Shown here piece after piece: positions 1-9,631 of a stretch of DNA of 64,000 bases. The stretch covers positions 98,819-162,818 of the forward strand of contig CAWDTF010000003.1 of the NCBI GenBank assembly GCA_963805235.1. The letters run 5' to 3'. This DNA is from an uncultured Solirubrobacterales bacterium. GTDB taxonomy: Bacteria; Actinomycetota; Thermoleophilia; Solirubrobacterales; 70-9. The notes beneath the pieces were generated by a model. It saw only the letters and a list, made by a program, of their open reading frames with translations, had not been told where the DNA came from and ran no database searches. Numbering within the stretch: the stretch's first letter is position 1; each line of letters begins with the position of its first letter. The translations under genes were made by a program, and so were the position numbers.

Positions 1-1
1 C

Positions 2-925
2 AAGAACTCGCTCGGCGCCCTCTCCGAGGCCGCCAAGCTGGCCGGCGAGCTGGGCGCCGAGGCCTCCGCGCTGGTCGTTGGCGACATCGCCGACGACGCG
101 GCCGCCGGGCTCGGGAAGTTCGGCGTCACGAAGGTCTACCGCGCCAAGAGCGTTCCCGAGGGGCTCGCGCAGCCGATCGTGGACGCGATGGCGAAGGTGA
201 TCAGCGAGAACGACATCTCCTACGCGCTGTTCGGCGGCGGCCTGCTCGGCTTCGAGATCGGGGCCGGCCTCACCGCGCGCCTGAACGCCGGCGTGACGAT
301 GGAGGTGACCGCGGTCAACGTCCGGGACGGCAAGCTCGTCGCCGAGCGCCCGATCCTCCAGGACTCGGAGATCGCCGACGTCGGCTACGTCTCCGAGCCG
401 GGCATCATCATCGGCCGCCTCAACGCGTTCGACGAGAACGAGACGGGCGGCACGGCCGAGGTCGTGGACGTCGAGGTCGAGCTCTCCGAATGGTCCACCA
501 AGGCGAAGATGGTCACGCGGGGCGAGCAGCGCGGCGCCGACGTGAACATCGAGGACGCCGACATCCTCGTCGGCGGCGGCCGCGGGCTCGGGCAGAAGGA
601 GAACTTCGAGCTCGCCGAGCAGCTCGCCGAGGCGATGGGCGGAGCGGTGGCCGCGACCCGCGCGGTCGTGGACGCCGGCTGGTACCCCTACGCCGCGCAG
701 ATCGGCCAGACGGGCAAGACCGTCGCGCCGAAGCTGTACCTGGCCGCGGGCATCTCGGGCGCGATCCAGCACAAGGTCGGCATGCAGAACTCCGAGAACA
801 TCCTCGCCATCAACAAGGACCAGAACGCGCCGATCTTCGAGTTCTGCGACTTCGGCGTGGTCGGGGACCTGCACAAGATCGTCCCCAAGCTCACCGAGGC
901 GATCAAGGCGAAGAAGGGCGGCTGA
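2..925 (+). CDS. etfA: Electron transfer flavoprotein alpha subunit (5' end lies outside window)
   Basis: Frame is open from the window edge into ORF 179..925. ETF-alpha FAD-domain blocks [40 protein letters not shown]. Stop overlaps the next start (TGATG). Confidence 0.9.
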   Translation, partial: KNSLGALSEAAKLAGELGAEASALVVGDIADDAAAGLGKFGVTKVYRAKSVPEGLAQPIVDAMAKVISENDISYALFGGGLLGFEIGAGLTARLNAGVTMEVTAVNVRDGKLVAERPILQDSEIADVGYVSEPGIIIGRLNAFDENETGGTAEVVDVEVELSEWSTKAKMVTRGEQRGADVNIEDADILVGGGRGLGQKENFELAEQLAEAMGGAVAATRAVVDAGWYPYAAQIGQTGKTVAPKLYLAAGISGAIQHKVGMQNSENILAINKDQNAPIFEFCDFGVVGDLHKIVPKLTEAIKAKKGG

Positions 926-2623
926 TGGGCCGCGCGCCGTCGGAGTTCCCGCCCCCCGTCGACTCGGCCGAGGAGTTCGTCACCGGCATCACCGACGCCG
1001 AGGACGAGCGCATCGAGGTCGGGGTGGCGATCGTCGGGGGCGGCCCCGCGGGCCTCGCCTGCGCGGTCCGGCTCGGGCAGATCCTCGAGGGAGAGCCCGA
1101 GCTGGCCGAGAAGCTCGGCGAGGTCCCGGTCGCGGTGATCGAGAAGGGCAAGACCTCGGGAGCGCACCTGCTCTCCGGGGCGAACATGCGACCGTCGGCG
1201 ATGGAGGAGCTGTTCCCCGACCTCGAGAAGTCCGAGTGGCCGGTTTACCAGGAGGTGGAGAAGGACGCCGTTTACCTGCTGACCAAGAAGGCGGCGCTGC
1301 CCCTGAAGCCGATGCCGCCCAACTTTCGCAACCACGGCAACTACGTCACCTCGGTCGCGAAGCTCGGCCGCTTCCTCCAGGAGAAGGCGGAGGAGCTCGG
1401 CGCCTACGTCCTCTCCGAGACCGCGGCCGACAAGCTGCTGGTGGAGGACCGCATCGTCAAGGGGCATCCGCTCGGGCGACAAGGGCCGCGGCAAGGGCGG
1501 CGAGGAGCTGGGCAACTTCGAGCCCGGCTCGGACGTGGTCGCCAAGGCGACGGTGCTGGCCGAGGGCACGCTCGGGCACCTGACCGGCGCGGCGCTGGAC
1601 TACTTCGACCTGCACGGCTCCGAGCCGCAGCGCTGGGAGCTGGGCGTGAAGGAGGTCTGGGAGGTCCCCGAGCCGCTCGACCGCGTCATCCACACGATGG
1701 GCTGGCCGCTGCGCAAGGCCGCGAAGTGGAACGAGTTCGGCGGCAGCTTCATCTACCCGATGGGAGAGGACAAGCTCTGCATCGGCCTCGTCGTCGGCCT
1801 CGATTACACCGACGCGACCTTCTCCTGCCACGACGCGCTGCAGGAGCTGAAGACCCACCCGTTCATCAAGGAGCTGCTCGACGGCGGCAAGCGGGTGGCC
1901 TGGGGCGCGAAGACGATCCCGTCCGGCGGCTACTGGTCCATGCCGAAGCGCCTGGCGGTGCCCGGCATGGTGATGGCCGGCGACTGCGTCTCGATGGTCA
2001 ACGTGCCGGAGCTCAAGGGCATCCACTACGCGATGCACGCCGGCATCTACGCGGCCGAGTCGATCGTCGAGTCGCTGAAGCAGGACTCGGTCAACTTCGA
2101 GAGCTACGAGCGGCGCGTGAAGAAGTCGTTGATCGAGGAGGACCTCTACCGCTCGCGCAACATGCGCCAGCCGTTCGACAAGGGCTTCTTCGTCGGCGGC
2201 GCGATCGCCAGTGCGATGACGATCACGAAGGGCGCCTTCCCCGGCGGCCACTGGTCCAGCGAGGACGACGCCGAGCACGAGATGACGCTCGGCAAGGCCT
2301 CGGAGAGCTATCCGAAGCCGGACAACGAGTACATCTTCGACAAGCTCAACTCCGTCTTCCTCTCGGGCAACGCGACGCGCGACGACGCGCCGAATCACAT
2401 CCGGATCCAGGAGCGGGTGCCGCGCGAGATCGCGCAGACCTGGGTCTCGATGTGCCCGGCGCAGGTCTACGAGATCCCCGACGACCAGCTCTCCTCCGGC
2501 GCGGAGACGGTGGACGTCCACGTCACCGCCTCGAACTGCGTCCAGTGCGGCGCGATCACGGCCAAGGGCGGCCGCCTGACGCTGCCCGAGGGCGGCGACG
2601 GGCCGCTCTACCAGGAGGTCTAG
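925..2623 (+). CDS. Electron-transfer flavoprotein:ubiquinone oxidoreductase (ETF-QO); one apparent 1-nt insertion near 1462
   Basis: FAD Rossmann [12 protein letters not shown] lies in the frame of ATG 925. The protein continues ...[38 protein letters not shown] in the frame of ORF 1535..2623. C-terminal block CPAQVYE...NCVQCGAI. Extra G in the GGGG run 1461-1464. Confidence 0.85.
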
Positions 2624-2632
2624 GCTCCCCGC

Positions 2633-3562
2633 GTGAGCGGGGAGAAGCCCAGGGTCGCCGTCTTCGCCCCGAGCCCGATGCTCGGGGTGACGATCGAGGC
2701 CCGAGGCGGCACCGGCGACGAAGTCCACTGCCACCCGGCGGGCCAGGGGGCCTGGCTGAGCAGGATGGCGGGGGAGCTGGGCGCGGAGCCCCTGCTCTGC
2801 TCGCTGGTCGGCGGCGAGACCGGGATGCTGCTCGAGGCGCTGCTGGGCACCCTGCCGGGCGAGCGGCGGCTGGTCCGCACCGCCGAGCCGAGCGGGTGCT
2901 ACGTGGTGGACCGGCGCTCGGGCGAGCGGCGGTTCGTCGCCCAGGCCCTGGCGGCCCCGCCCGACCGCCACGAGGCCGACGAGCTGGTGGCCGCGACGAC
3001 GGTCGCAGCCCGCGAGAGCGGGCTGCTCGCGCTCTGCAACCCCTATCCGGGGGACGCGATGCCGCTCGAGGCCTACGCCAACCTGGTCACCAACGCGCGC
3101 GCGGCGGGGGTCCCGGTGATCGCCGACCTCTCCACGCCGCGGGCCGACGCCGCGGCCGGCGCCGGCGCGGACCTGGTGAAGCTCAACGATTGGGAGCTCG
3201 CGGAGCTCGTCCGCGGACCGGTGGACCCGCCGCACCTGCTGAGGGCCGCCGCGCAGCGCCTGCGCGAGCTCGGCGCCGCGAACGTCCTCGTGACTCGAGC
3301 GGGCGATCCCGCTCTCGCGCTGCTGGGCGACGAGGCGTGGGAGCTCGTGCCGCCCAGGCTGGAGGCCGGCTCACGGGAGGGCTGCGGAGACTCGATGATG
3401 GGCGCGATCGCCGCCGCCCGGGCCGCCGGCCGCCCCCTGCAGGAGGCGCTGGTGATCGGAGCGGCGGCCGGCGCGGTCAACTTCCTGCACCACGGGCTCG
3501 GCACCGGGACGCGCCGGGAGGTCGAGGAGATGGCGGGGCAGGTCGAGCTGCGCCGGGCCTGA
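2633..3562 (+). CDS. PfkB-family sugar/phosphosugar kinase
   Basis: GTG start 10 nt after the ETF-QO stop. Ribokinase/PfkB-like blocks (NVLVTRAGDPA, GCGDSMMGAIAAARAAG, GAAAGAVN). Confidence 0.75.
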   Translation: MSGEKPRVAVFAPSPMLGVTIEARGGTGDEVHCHPAGQGAWLSRMAGELGAEPLLCSLVGGETGMLLEALLGTLPGERRLVRTAEPSGCYVVDRRSGERRFVAQALAAPPDRHEADELVAATTVAARESGLLALCNPYPGDAMPLEAYANLVTNARAAGVPVIADLSTPRADAAAGAGADLVKLNDWELAELVRGPVDPPHLLRAAAQRLRELGAANVLVTRAGDPALALLGDEAWELVPPRLEAGSREGCGDSMMGAIAAARAAGRPLQEALVIGAAAGAVNFLHHGLGTGTRREVEEMAGQVELRRA

Positions 3563-4315
3563 GCCCGGCGCTCGCCCGCGGGGGTCGCCGGGATCGTAGA
3601 AGGGCGGCTGCGGGCGCTCGCCGCGCAGGATCGCGGCCGGCGCCTCGCGGGCGATCCAGTCGATGTGGGCGCGGAGCGCGTCGAGTCCGCGCAGGGCGGC
3701 GATGCCCTCCGAGAGCCGCAGCGGCCTGCCGCCGTGGCTCGAGTGGGCGTCGCTGGCGACGATGTGGACCAGCCCGCGGCGTGCGAGGGCGAGCATCGCC
3801 TCGCGCGCCGGGCCGGCGGCGAGCAGGGCGGCGGTGACCTGGATCAGGGCGCCCGCAGCGGCGAGCTCGCCCAGCCTCTCGGCCAGGTCCGGCGAGGGAT
3901 GGCGCTCGGGATGCGCGATCAGGACCCCGAAGCCCCCCGCTTGAAGCTGCTCCGTTGTGCTTTGCAGGGAGTCGCCGAGCGGCCCGGGCGCCGGCTCGAG
4001 CAGGATCCAGCCGCCGCCTCCGAGCGATACCGCCTCCAGCTCGGCGCGGCCGAGGCCGGCGACGGCGGTCTCGGCCACCTCCCCGCCGGGCGCCACTTCG
4101 ACCGGGATGCCGGCGGCCCGCAGCGCGTCGTTCACGTCTGCGACCCTCTCCGGCAGCTCGTGGATGCGGACGTCGTGGTCGTGGCGGATGTGCGGGGTGG
4201 CGCAGACGGTCGCGACGCCGTCCGCCTCGGCCTGCCGCGCCAACGCGACGGAGTCCGCCATGTCCCGCGCCCCGTCGTCGATACCGGGCAGGATGTGGCA
4301 ATGCAGGTCGATCAC
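3371..4315 (-). CDS. PHP-domain protein-tyrosine phosphatase (CpsB/YwqE-like)
   Basis: MIDLHCHILPGIDDGA at the N-terminus, then ATPHIRH, IAHPERH and VASDAHS metal-ligand blocks. The last ~64 codons overlap the convergent PfkB gene. Confidence 0.75.
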   Translation of the reverse strand: MIDLHCHILPGIDDGARDMADSVALARQAEADGVATVCATPHIRHDHDVRIHELPERVADVNDALRAAGIPVEVAPGGEVAETAVAGLGRAELEAVSLGGGGWILLEPAPGPLGDSLQSTTEQLQAGGFGVLIAHPERHPSPDLAERLGELAAAGALIQVTAALLAAGPAREAMLALARRGLVHIVASDAHSSHGGRPLRLSEGIAALRGLDALRAHIDWIAREAPAAILRGERPQPPFYDPGDPRGRAPGSGPAQLDLPRHLLDLPARPGAEPVVQEVDRAGRRSDHQRLLQGAAGGPGGGDRAHHRVSAALP

Positions 4316-4365
4316 GACGAGGATCTTGGCGCAGCTCTGCCCGGCCGGGCGGGGGGAGGGGGCCG

Positions 4366-5016
4366 GTGAGCCGCAGGCGCGAGCCCGAGGGAGCGGTCGA
4401 GCTCGAGCTCCGCGACGGCTCCTGGGTCAGCATCCGGCCGATCCGGCCGGATGACGCGGCGGCCCTCGAGCGCGGGTTCGAAAGGCTGAGCGCAGACTCG
4501 CGCTACAAGCGCTTCCTGACCCCGGTCGAGCGGCTGACGGAGGGCCAGCTCCGCTACCTGACCGAAGTGGACCATCACACCCACGAGGCCCTGATCGCAT
4601 TTGACCTCGCGCACCCCGGCGAGGCCGTCGGCGTCGGCCGCTTCGTCCGCGACGCGGGCGATGACCGCGCGGAGGCCGCGGTCACGGTCGCCGACGACTG
4701 GCAGGGCCGCGGCCTCGGGACGGCGCTGACCCGGATGCTGGCGGGGAGGGCGGCGGCGGAGGGCATTCGCTGCTTCACCGCGCTGCTGCTGGCCGAGAAC
4801 GTGGAGATGGCCGCGCTGCTGGACGACGTGGGAGATGTCGAGGTGACCGATCGCGAAGTGGGCACGGTCCAGGTCGACGTCCCGCTCTCGAGCGAGATCA
4901 CGGACGACCCCGCGCTGCAGAGGGTGCTGCGCGCCGTGGTGTCCTCCCCGCTCGAGCTCGCATCGGTGCCGGGCGAGGGCGTCGAGGGAGCGGCCCCGCC
5001 CGACTCCCGCTCCTAG
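4366..5016 (+). CDS. GNAT-family N-acetyltransferase (Pat-type acetyltransferase domain)
   Basis: In-frame GTG 4366 preceded by GGGGGGAGGGGG. Blocks IRPIRPDDAAALERGFERLS..SRYKRF, VDHHTHEALIAF, WQGRGLGTAL. Confidence 0.75.
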   Translation: MSRRREPEGAVELELRDGSWVSIRPIRPDDAAALERGFERLSADSRYKRFLTPVERLTEGQLRYLTEVDHHTHEALIAFDLAHPGEAVGVGRFVRDAGDDRAEAAVTVADDWQGRGLGTALTRMLAGRAAAEGIRCFTALLLAENVEMAALLDDVGDVEVTDREVGTVQVDVPLSSEITDDPALQRVLRAVVSSPLELASVPGEGVEGAAPPDSRS

Positions 5017-5021
5017 ATGGA

Positions 5022-5405
5022 CTAGCCGGAGCCGGCGACGAAGGTCGCGACGTCCTCGGCGTCCTCGCCCTGGACGAGGTTGGCCGGCATCGTGCCGCTG
5101 CCGAGGCCGCCGGTCTCGATCGCGCGCAGCACCTGGGCCCTGTCCACCTGCGCCTCGTCGAGGTCGGGCCCGATCTGGCCCTGGGTGCCCGCCGCGTCGA
5201 ACGTGTGGCAGGAGCCGCAGTTCTGGACGAACAGGTCACGGCCGTTCTCCTCGGAGGGAGAGAGCGGCTGCTCGGCGTCCTGGGGGGCCGGCGTCGTCGC
5301 GGCCTGCCCGGTCGTGCCCGTGGTGTCGTCCTCGCCCGTGGTCCCGCAGCCGGCGAGGACGGCGAAGGCGACGAGGGCGACGGCGATGGGTACCAGCCTC
5401 GGCAT
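5022..5405 (-). CDS. Lipoprotein-type c-type cytochrome
   Basis: Internal ATG at 5405 gives signal plus lipobox MPRLVPIAVALVAFAVLAGC. Haem motif CGSCH. Distal Met context GSGTMPAN. Confidence 0.8.
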   Translation of the reverse strand: MPRLVPIAVALVAFAVLAGCGTTGEDDTTGTTGQAATTPAPQDAEQPLSPSEENGRDLFVQNCGSCHTFDAAGTQGQIGPDLDEAQVDRAQVLRAIETGGLGSGTMPANLVQGEDAEDVATFVAGSG

Positions 5406-5529
5406 GGACCGAACGCTACCCGCGATCGGGTGGGCGCTAACGCCCCGGGACGTCAGTAGTTCTCCGCACGCCGAATCCGTGAACCTCGCCGATGCGACCG
5501 GGCCTCCTCCCGAATACGCTCGTTCCCTG

Positions 5530-5796
5530 ATGCCAGCCAGCCCCGCACAGACCGGCGTCAAGTGGGCCGGCGAGCTTCAGGACGGCACGATGCAGGGCCT
5601 CGCCGCCCTGCGGATGCTGCTGGCGTCGGCCATCAACCAGCGCTCCCACGAGGCGCTCGAGCGCGCCGCCTCCGAGGCGATCAGCCAGCTCGAGGACGAG
5701 ATCGTCGAGTTGCGCGAGATGATCGCTGAGATGCGCGGCCAGGGGCCGCCCCTGGGGCACCGTCAGACGTCGATCAGCCCGCGGTCGAGCGCGTAG
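5530..5796 (+). CDS. Small ORF with a HisKA_3-like dimerisation (DHp) block in which the phospho-acceptor His is Gln; start uncertain (ATG 5530 or 5404)
   Basis: AGELQDGTMQGLAALRMLL ... IVELREMIAEMRG mirrors the ELHDxxxQxL ... vRxlixxLR layout of NarL-type kinases. It fills an otherwise gene-free gap. Its 3' end overlaps the convergent regulator by 34 nt. No SD seen. Confidence 0.3.
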   Translation: MPASPAQTGVKWAGELQDGTMQGLAALRMLLASAINQRSHEALERAASEAISQLEDEIVELREMIAEMRGQGPPLGHRQTSISPRSSA

Positions 5797-6428
5797 CGGA
5801 CCAGCTCCGAACGGCTGGTAAGGGCGAGCTTCTGCTGGATGTGGGCCCGGTGCGACTCGACGGTGCGGACGCTGAGGAAGAGGGTCTTGGCAATCTCGTT
5901 GTTGGTGTGCCCCAGGGCGATCAGCCTCAGCACCTCCAGCTCGCGCCCGGAGAGGTCGTCGGGAGAGGCGGCCTCGGGCTCAGCGGCGAGCCGTGCGCCC
6001 AGCTCCGGCTGGAGATAGGTCTTGCCCTCGGCGGCGAGGCGCACGGCCTTGACCAGCTCGTCGCTGGCCGCCTCCTTGAGGATGTAGCCGAGCACCCCGG
6101 CCTGCAGCGCCTCGCGCGCAGCGGAGGTCTCCTCCTGCATCGTCAGCATCACGATCCGGGTCTCCGGCGAGGCGCCGCGGATCTCGGGGATCGCGGCCAG
6201 CCCCGAGCCGCCGGGCATGTTGATGTCGAGGATCATCACGTCGGGCCGGTGCCCGCCCGCGTAGCGGATCGCGTCCCGCGCGTCGCCGGCCTCGGCCACG
6301 ACCTCGATGCCCTCCTCGCCGTCGAGCAGCATCCGCAGCGCGGTGCGCACGACGGCGTGGTCATCAGCAAGGACGACCCTGATACGCCTCTGCGCAACAG
6401 CGGTCCTTTCGCCTCCCTTTGGCGGCAT
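5763..6428 (-). CDS. NarL/FixJ-family response regulator (receiver + LuxR HTH); no kinase adjacent
   Basis: Receiver blocks VLADDH, VMILDINMPG, GYILK. HTH LSGRELEVLRLIALGHTNNEIAKTLFLSVRTVESH. Confidence 0.9.
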   Translation of the reverse strand: MPPKGGERTAVAQRRIRVVLADDHAVVRTALRMLLDGEEGIEVVAEAGDARDAIRYAGGHRPDVMILDINMPGGSGLAAIPEIRGASPETRIVMLTMQEETSAAREALQAGVLGYILKEAASDELVKAVRLAAEGKTYLQPELGARLAAEPEAASPDDLSGRELEVLRLIALGHTNNEIAKTLFLSVRTVESHRAHIQQKLALTSRSELVRYALDRGLIDV

Positions 6429-6501
6429 CGCCGAACAGAGTAGTCACGCCCGCCCCGGCGCGCCGCAACTTCCGGGCTACCCAGTGTTGGGTGGATCGAG
6501 G

Positions 6502-8307
6502 ATGACGGAGGGGAAGGCCCTACAGGTCAGGACGATCGCCCGGGCGGCCGCGGCGGCCCTGGTCGCCGCCGGGCTTACCGCGGGCCTCGCGCTCGACCCG
6601 CCGGAGGGGGATGCCAAGCGCAAGCCGCCCAAGCAGAAGCGGCCGAACATCGTGCTGGTGATGAGCGACGACCAGGCGGCCGAGACCCAGCGCTTCATGC
6701 CGCGCACCAATGAGCTGCTCGGCCGCGGCGGCGTCACCTTCACGAACAACTTCGTCAGCTACCCGCTCTGCTGCCCCTCGCGGGCGACGTGGCTCACCGG
6801 GCAGTACGCCCACAACCACGGCGTCCGCGGCAACCAGCCTCCGGCCGGCGGCTACAGCAAGCTCAACAAGTCCACGACGCTGCCGGTCTGGCTGCAGCGC
6901 AGCGGCTACTACACGGGTCACATCGGCAAGTTCCTGAACGGGTACGGCAACACGTCACCCGACACGGAGGTGCCGCCGGGCTGGAGCGAGTGGTACGGCG
7001 CCCTCGACGACCCCGACGCCTTCACCGGGGGCACCTACACGATGTACGGGTACACGCTGAACGAGAACGGCGCGGTCGTCCACTACGGCTCGACCCCCGA
7101 CGTGGTCGATCCGGCGACCTACCAGACCGACGTCTACGCCGCCAAGGCAGAGGACTTCGTCCGCCGGCGAGCTCCGAGCCGCAAGCCGTTCTTCCTCTCG
7201 GTCGCCACCCTCGCCTCGCACACCGAGGCCGGCGCGGCGTGCAACTGCGCCGGCAACAACCCGCGCGCCGCCCCGCGCCACGAGGGGGCGCTGGCGAGCG
7301 AGTTGCCGCTGAGCTCCCCCTCCTTCAACGAGGCCGACGTCTCCGACAAGCCCGCGGCGATCCGAGACCTGACGCCGATGACGCCCGCTCAGCAGGAGAC
7401 CGTCCGCGAGCGCTACCGGGCGCAGGCGGAGTCGCTGCTGGCCGTGGACGAGCTCGTGGGCCGCGTCGCCGCAGCGCTCAAGGCCAAGGGCGAGTTGAAG
7501 AACACGGTGATCATCTACACCGCCGACAACGGCTTCTTCCACGGGCAGCACCGCGTCCGTCAGGGGAAGGTGCGGCTCTACGAGGAGTCCATCCGGGTTC
7601 CGCTGCTGATCAGGGGGCCGGGGCTGCCGCAGGGCAACCGCCGCGCCCAGCCCACGGCCAACGTGGACCTGGCGCCGACGATCGCCGACTTCGCGAACGC
7701 CCGGCCGCTCCGCAGGCAGGACGGGCGCTCGCTGGTCTCCCTCGCGCGGGACAAGCTGCTCTGGCCGGGCAGGCCGATCGGCCTCGAGGCCTTCTTCAAC
7801 TCCGACCCCGACGAGGACCCCGAGACACCGCCGACGAACTACCGCGCGGTGCGCACCGACCGCTACCTCTACGCCGAATACGGGACGGGGGAGCGGGAGC
7901 TGTACGACCTGCTCACCGACCCCTACGAGCTGCAGAGCCGCCACTCCGACCCCTCCCTGGCGGCGGTCCGGGCGGCACTCGACCGGCTGTTGGACCGCAC
8001 GGCTGGCTGCGCCGGAAGCGGTTGCGCAGCGAGGCCGAAGCTGAAGCTCGCGCTCGGTTTCCGCAAGGGGGCGGGCTGCGTCGCGTCGGGGGTCCGGATC
8101 AGGGTCAAGGGCGGCGATGCCCGAGGAGTCGTGGCCGCGAGCTTCTACGCGAACCGCCGCAAGGCGGGCTCCGACGGCTCGGCGCCGTTCGCCCGGAAGG
8201 CCGGTGCGCGGCTGCTGCGCGGAGCGCGCAACCGCCTTGCGGTGAACGCGACCCTGCTCGACGGCCGCCGTGCGACGGTCGCCGCGAAGCTGCCCGGCGC
8301 CTGCTGA
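6502..8307 (+). CDS. Secreted formylglycine-dependent sulfatase
   Basis: Signal-like N-terminus. NIVLVMSDDQ metal site. C-x-P-x-R motif within PLCCPSRATWLTGQY. GHIGKF and IYTADNGF blocks. Confidence 0.85.
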   Translation: MTEGKALQVRTIARAAAAALVAAGLTAGLALDPPEGDAKRKPPKQKRPNIVLVMSDDQAAETQRFMPRTNELLGRGGVTFTNNFVSYPLCCPSRATWLTGQYAHNHGVRGNQPPAGGYSKLNKSTTLPVWLQRSGYYTGHIGKFLNGYGNTSPDTEVPPGWSEWYGALDDPDAFTGGTYTMYGYTLNENGAVVHYGSTPDVVDPATYQTDVYAAKAEDFVRRRAPSRKPFFLSVATLASHTEAGAACNCAGNNPRAAPRHEGALASELPLSSPSFNEADVSDKPAAIRDLTPMTPAQQETVRERYRAQAESLLAVDELVGRVAAALKAKGELKNTVIIYTADNGFFHGQHRVRQGKVRLYEESIRVPLLIRGPGLPQGNRRAQPTANVDLAPTIADFANARPLRRQDGRSLVSLARDKLLWPGRPIGLEAFFNSDPDEDPETPPTNYRAVRTDRYLYAEYGTGERELYDLLTDPYELQSRHSDPSLAAVRAALDRLLDRTAGCAGSGCAARPKLKLALGFRKGAGCVASGVRIRVKGGDARGVVAASFYANRRKAGSDGSAPFARKAGARLLRGARNRLAVNATLLDGRRATVAAKLPGAC

Positions 8308-8338
8308 CGCCTGCCGCGGAGCGGAACGGCGGCCCAGC

Positions 8339-8344
8339 TAGAAT
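8339..8344 (+). promoter_or_regulatory. -10-like hexamer TAGAAT, 8 nt upstream of the rpmE ATG (short or no leader)
   Basis: TAGAAT read directly. No Shine-Dalgarno between it and ATG 8353. Confidence 0.35.
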
Positions 8345-8352
8345 CGAATCCG

Positions 8353-8565
8353 ATGAAGGCCGAGATACATCCCGACTATGTCCTCTCGCACGTCCACTGC
8401 TCGTGCGGCAACGACTTCTACACGCGCTCCACGAGCCCTGAGCTGCACGTCGAGATCTGCTCCCAGTGCCACCCGTTCTACACGGGCAAGCAGAAGCTGG
8501 TCGACACCGGCGGGCGGGTCGAGCGCTTCCGCCGCCGCGCTGCCAAGCGTCAGCGCGGGGAGTAG
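8353..8565 (+). CDS. rpmE: 50S ribosomal protein L31
   Basis: 70 aa. MKAEIHPDY, Cys pairs CSCG / [14 protein letters not shown]. Confidence 0.95.
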   Translation: MKAEIHPDYVLSHVHCSCGNDFYTRSTSPELHVEICSQCHPFYTGKQKLVDTGGRVERFRRRAAKRQRGE

Positions 8566-8577
8566 CGCGGTCGCCTG

Positions 8578-9627
8578 ATGGGCGCGCCCGGCTCCAACGG
8601 CGACCTCGACGGCGCCGGGCCCCCGGCTGAGAGCGCGCGCCCCGCGCCGCAGCGCGCGCCCGCCGCGCAGCAGGCAGAGCGGATGCCGGACGGCCGACCC
8701 GTGGCGACCAAGGACGCGCCGATCGGGGGCCAGGCCGTGCTCGAGGGCGTGATGATGCGCGGCGTCTCGACCTGGGCCGTCGCCGTCCGCAACCCCGAGG
8801 GCGAGGTCGAGGTCACCTCCGAGCCGATCGTCTCCTGGGCGAAGCGGCACCGCGTCCTGCGCCTGCCGGTGATCCGAGGGGTTGTCGCGCTCGGCGAGTC
8901 GCTCAAGATCGGCTTCAAGGCGCTGGCGATCTCGGCCAACGCCCAGCTCGAGGAGGACGAGGAGGGCGAGAAGGAGGAGATCGGCGGCTGGATGTGGGGC
9001 CTCACGATCGCGCTCTCGATGGCCCTCGCCGTCGGGCTCTTCTTCGTGATCCCCGTCGGCGCCACCAGCCTGATCAAGGACTGGCTCGGCTCGGCGCTGC
9101 TCTTCTGGCTGGTCGAGGGGATCCTGCGGACCCTCATCTTCATCGGCTACATCGTCGCGATCAGCCGCCTGCCCGACCTGCGCCGCGTCTTCGAGTACCA
9201 CGGCGCCGAGCACAAGACGATCTCCTGCTTCGAGGCCGGCGACGAGCTGAAGCCCGAGCGCGCCCAGATCTACTCCCGGCTGCACCCGCGCTGCGGCACG
9301 AGCTTCCTCCTGATCGTGATGGTGCTCGCGATCTTCGTCTTCGCGCCGATCGGCCTGCCTGAGTGGTACTGGCTGCTCGCCTCGCGCATCCTCGGCATCC
9401 CCTTGATCGCGGGCCTCTCCTACGAGGTCATCAAGTGGGCCGGCAAGAACCGCGGCAAGCGCTGGGTCCGCGCCCTGATGTGGCCCGGCCTGATGCTCCA
9501 GAACCTCACCACCCGCGAGCCCGACCTCGACCAGCTCGCGGTCGCGATCCGCTCCCTGGAGGAGGTTCTCGCCAACGAGGACCCCGACCAGGCGAAGAAG
9601 GACGCGCCGATCGAGATCGTCGCCTGA
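8578..9627 (+). CDS. DUF1385 (YqhQ-like) membrane protein
   Basis: GGQAVLEGVMMRG, EYHGAEHK and HPRCGTSF blocks plus TM segments. Usual neighbourhood of rpmE/prfA/prmC. Start uncertain. Confidence 0.8.
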   Translation: MGAPGSNGDLDGAGPPAESARPAPQRAPAAQQAERMPDGRPVATKDAPIGGQAVLEGVMMRGVSTWAVAVRNPEGEVEVTSEPIVSWAKRHRVLRLPVIRGVVALGESLKIGFKALAISANAQLEEDEEGEKEEIGGWMWGLTIALSMALAVGLFFVIPVGATSLIKDWLGSALLFWLVEGILRTLIFIGYIVAISRLPDLRRVFEYHGAEHKTISCFEAGDELKPERAQIYSRLHPRCGTSFLLIVMVLAIFVFAPIGLPEWYWLLASRILGIPLIAGLSYEVIKWAGKNRGKRWVRALMWPGLMLQNLTTREPDLDQLAVAIRSLEEVLANEDPDQAKKDAPIEIVA

Positions 9628-9631
9628 GGAA

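Noticed and set aside
490-3837. A 1115-aa ORF spanning ETF-QO, the PfkB gene and beyond
   Set aside because: Only its 925 to about 1461 segment carries real protein sense (the ETF-QO N-terminus). The rest is Arg/Pro/Gly-rich read-through, out of frame or antisense to recognised genes, which is typical of stop-poor GC-rich DNA.
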